From IMG/VR virus record IMGVR_UViG_3300018421_000009: a DNA stretch of 64,000 nt; one strand, given 5' to 3'. A model generated the notes under the pieces. That model saw nothing but the letters and a program-made list of their open reading frames with translations, was not told the origin of the DNA and did not search any database. Within the stretch, counting starts at the first letter, position 1; the number at the start of each line of letters is the position of its first letter. A program made the translations under genes and the position numbers. The stretch comes from an uncultured virus (IMG/VR IMGVR_UViG_3300018421_000009) (taxonomy: Duplodnaviria > Heunggongvirae > Uroviricota > Caudoviricetes). Below, piece by piece: positions 63,493-64,000 of this stretch.

Positions 63493-63933
63493 ATGAACTG
63501 GACTTATCAAGGACAAGAGATAAACACAATACCTGAAGAATATGAAGGCTTTGTTTATCTAATCACAAATACAACCACTGGGCAAAAGTATATAGGCAAG
63601 AAATTAGCCAAATTTAAAACCACTAAGCCACCCCTTAAAGGCAAAAAGAACAAACGCAGAGGCACTAAAGAAAGCGACTGGCAGGACTATTGGGGTTCTT
63701 CTGATCGTTTACAAGCAGATGTCGAAGCACTAGGTCCAAAAAACTTCACAAGAGAAATACTTTATCTGTGTAAAAGCAGAGCAGAAATGAGTTACATTGA
63801 GGCTAGAGAGCAATTTGACCGCCGTGTATTAGAACGAGATGACTATTATAACGGAATTATTAATTGTAGAGTAGGCGGTTCAGACAAATTACGCAAGGCT
63901 TTATTGGAACAAGATATTAAGGCAAAGACATAG
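63493..63933 (+). CDS. GIY-YIG family nuclease (Seg-like catalytic domain only)
   Basis: GFVYLITN..GQKYIGKK...YWGSS...F.REIL...E...YYN. Confidence 0.8.
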   Translation: MNWTYQGQEINTIPEEYEGFVYLITNTTTGQKYIGKKLAKFKTTKPPLKGKKNKRRGTKESDWQDYWGSSDRLQADVEALGPKNFTREILYLCKSRAEMSYIEAREQFDRRVLERDDYYNGIINCRVGGSDKLRKALLEQDIKAKT

Positions 63934-63944
63934 TAACGCTGTTT

Positions 63945-63992
63945 GGTCGAGGATGCTCGACTCACCTTGAGGATATGTGAGAGACCATATTC
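63945..63992 (+). ncRNA. Possible structured RNA (5' part; truncated by the window end)
   Basis: Two adjacent stem-loops: GGTCGAG-GATG-CTCGACT (63945-63962) and GGATATG-N8-CATATTC (63971-63992). Neither is followed by a U-tract. Confidence 0.35.
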
Positions 63993-64000
63993 AGATACTG

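Noticed and set aside
63945..63962. Rho-independent terminator after the GIY-YIG gene
   Set aside because: The hairpin is not followed by a U-tract on either strand, so it is listed only as a possible structured RNA.
1..64000. Stop-codon reassignment, as in some large phages
   Set aside because: Standard-code ORFs tile the window almost completely, and TAA, TAG and TGA are all used as stops at tight gene junctions.
1..64000. tRNA, rRNA, CRISPR arrays, transposases/integrases
   Set aside because: Intergenic gaps are nearly all under 90 nt and show no cloverleaf or repeat-spacer pattern; no ORF has DDE or tyrosine/serine recombinase motifs.

Overview
The window is an AT-rich, very tightly packed segment of a large T4-like (contractile-tailed) dsDNA bacteriophage genome read with the standard genetic code. 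It has three parts. (1) Positions 1 to ~28,000 are an accessory 'chemistry' island with 10 radical SAM enzymes in three paralogous subfamilies, 4 probable 2OG-Fe(II)/Asp-beta-hydroxylase-like oxygenases, 6 glycosyltransferase-like proteins in 3 paralog pairs, a UDP-glucose/GDP-mannose dehydrogenase, a shortened DegT/StrS aminotransferase, an amidinotransferase, a methyltransferase, a mini-kinase, 2 SGNH-like proteins and 2 beta-propeller proteins; genes switch strand several times. (2) Positions ~28,000 to 59,437, all on the minus strand, are a tail-fibre/baseplate module: three paralogous fibre proteins, a 4954-aa giant structural protein, and gp6-, gp25-, gp5-, hub-, gp53- and gp48/54-like genes. 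(3) Positions 59,522 to the end, on the plus strand, encode a gp55-like late sigma factor, gp47/gp46 (Mre11/Rad50-like) and a GIY-YIG nuclease, followed by a hairpin-rich non-coding stretch cut off by the window edge. T4-type late promoter motifs (TAA[A/G]TA core) recur, six times exactly 5 nt before a start codon, which suggests leaderless late mRNAs. They precede genes in the enzyme island as well as structural genes. I found no tRNA, rRNA, CRISPR array or transposase. All functional calls come from motifs read by eye; no database searches were run.
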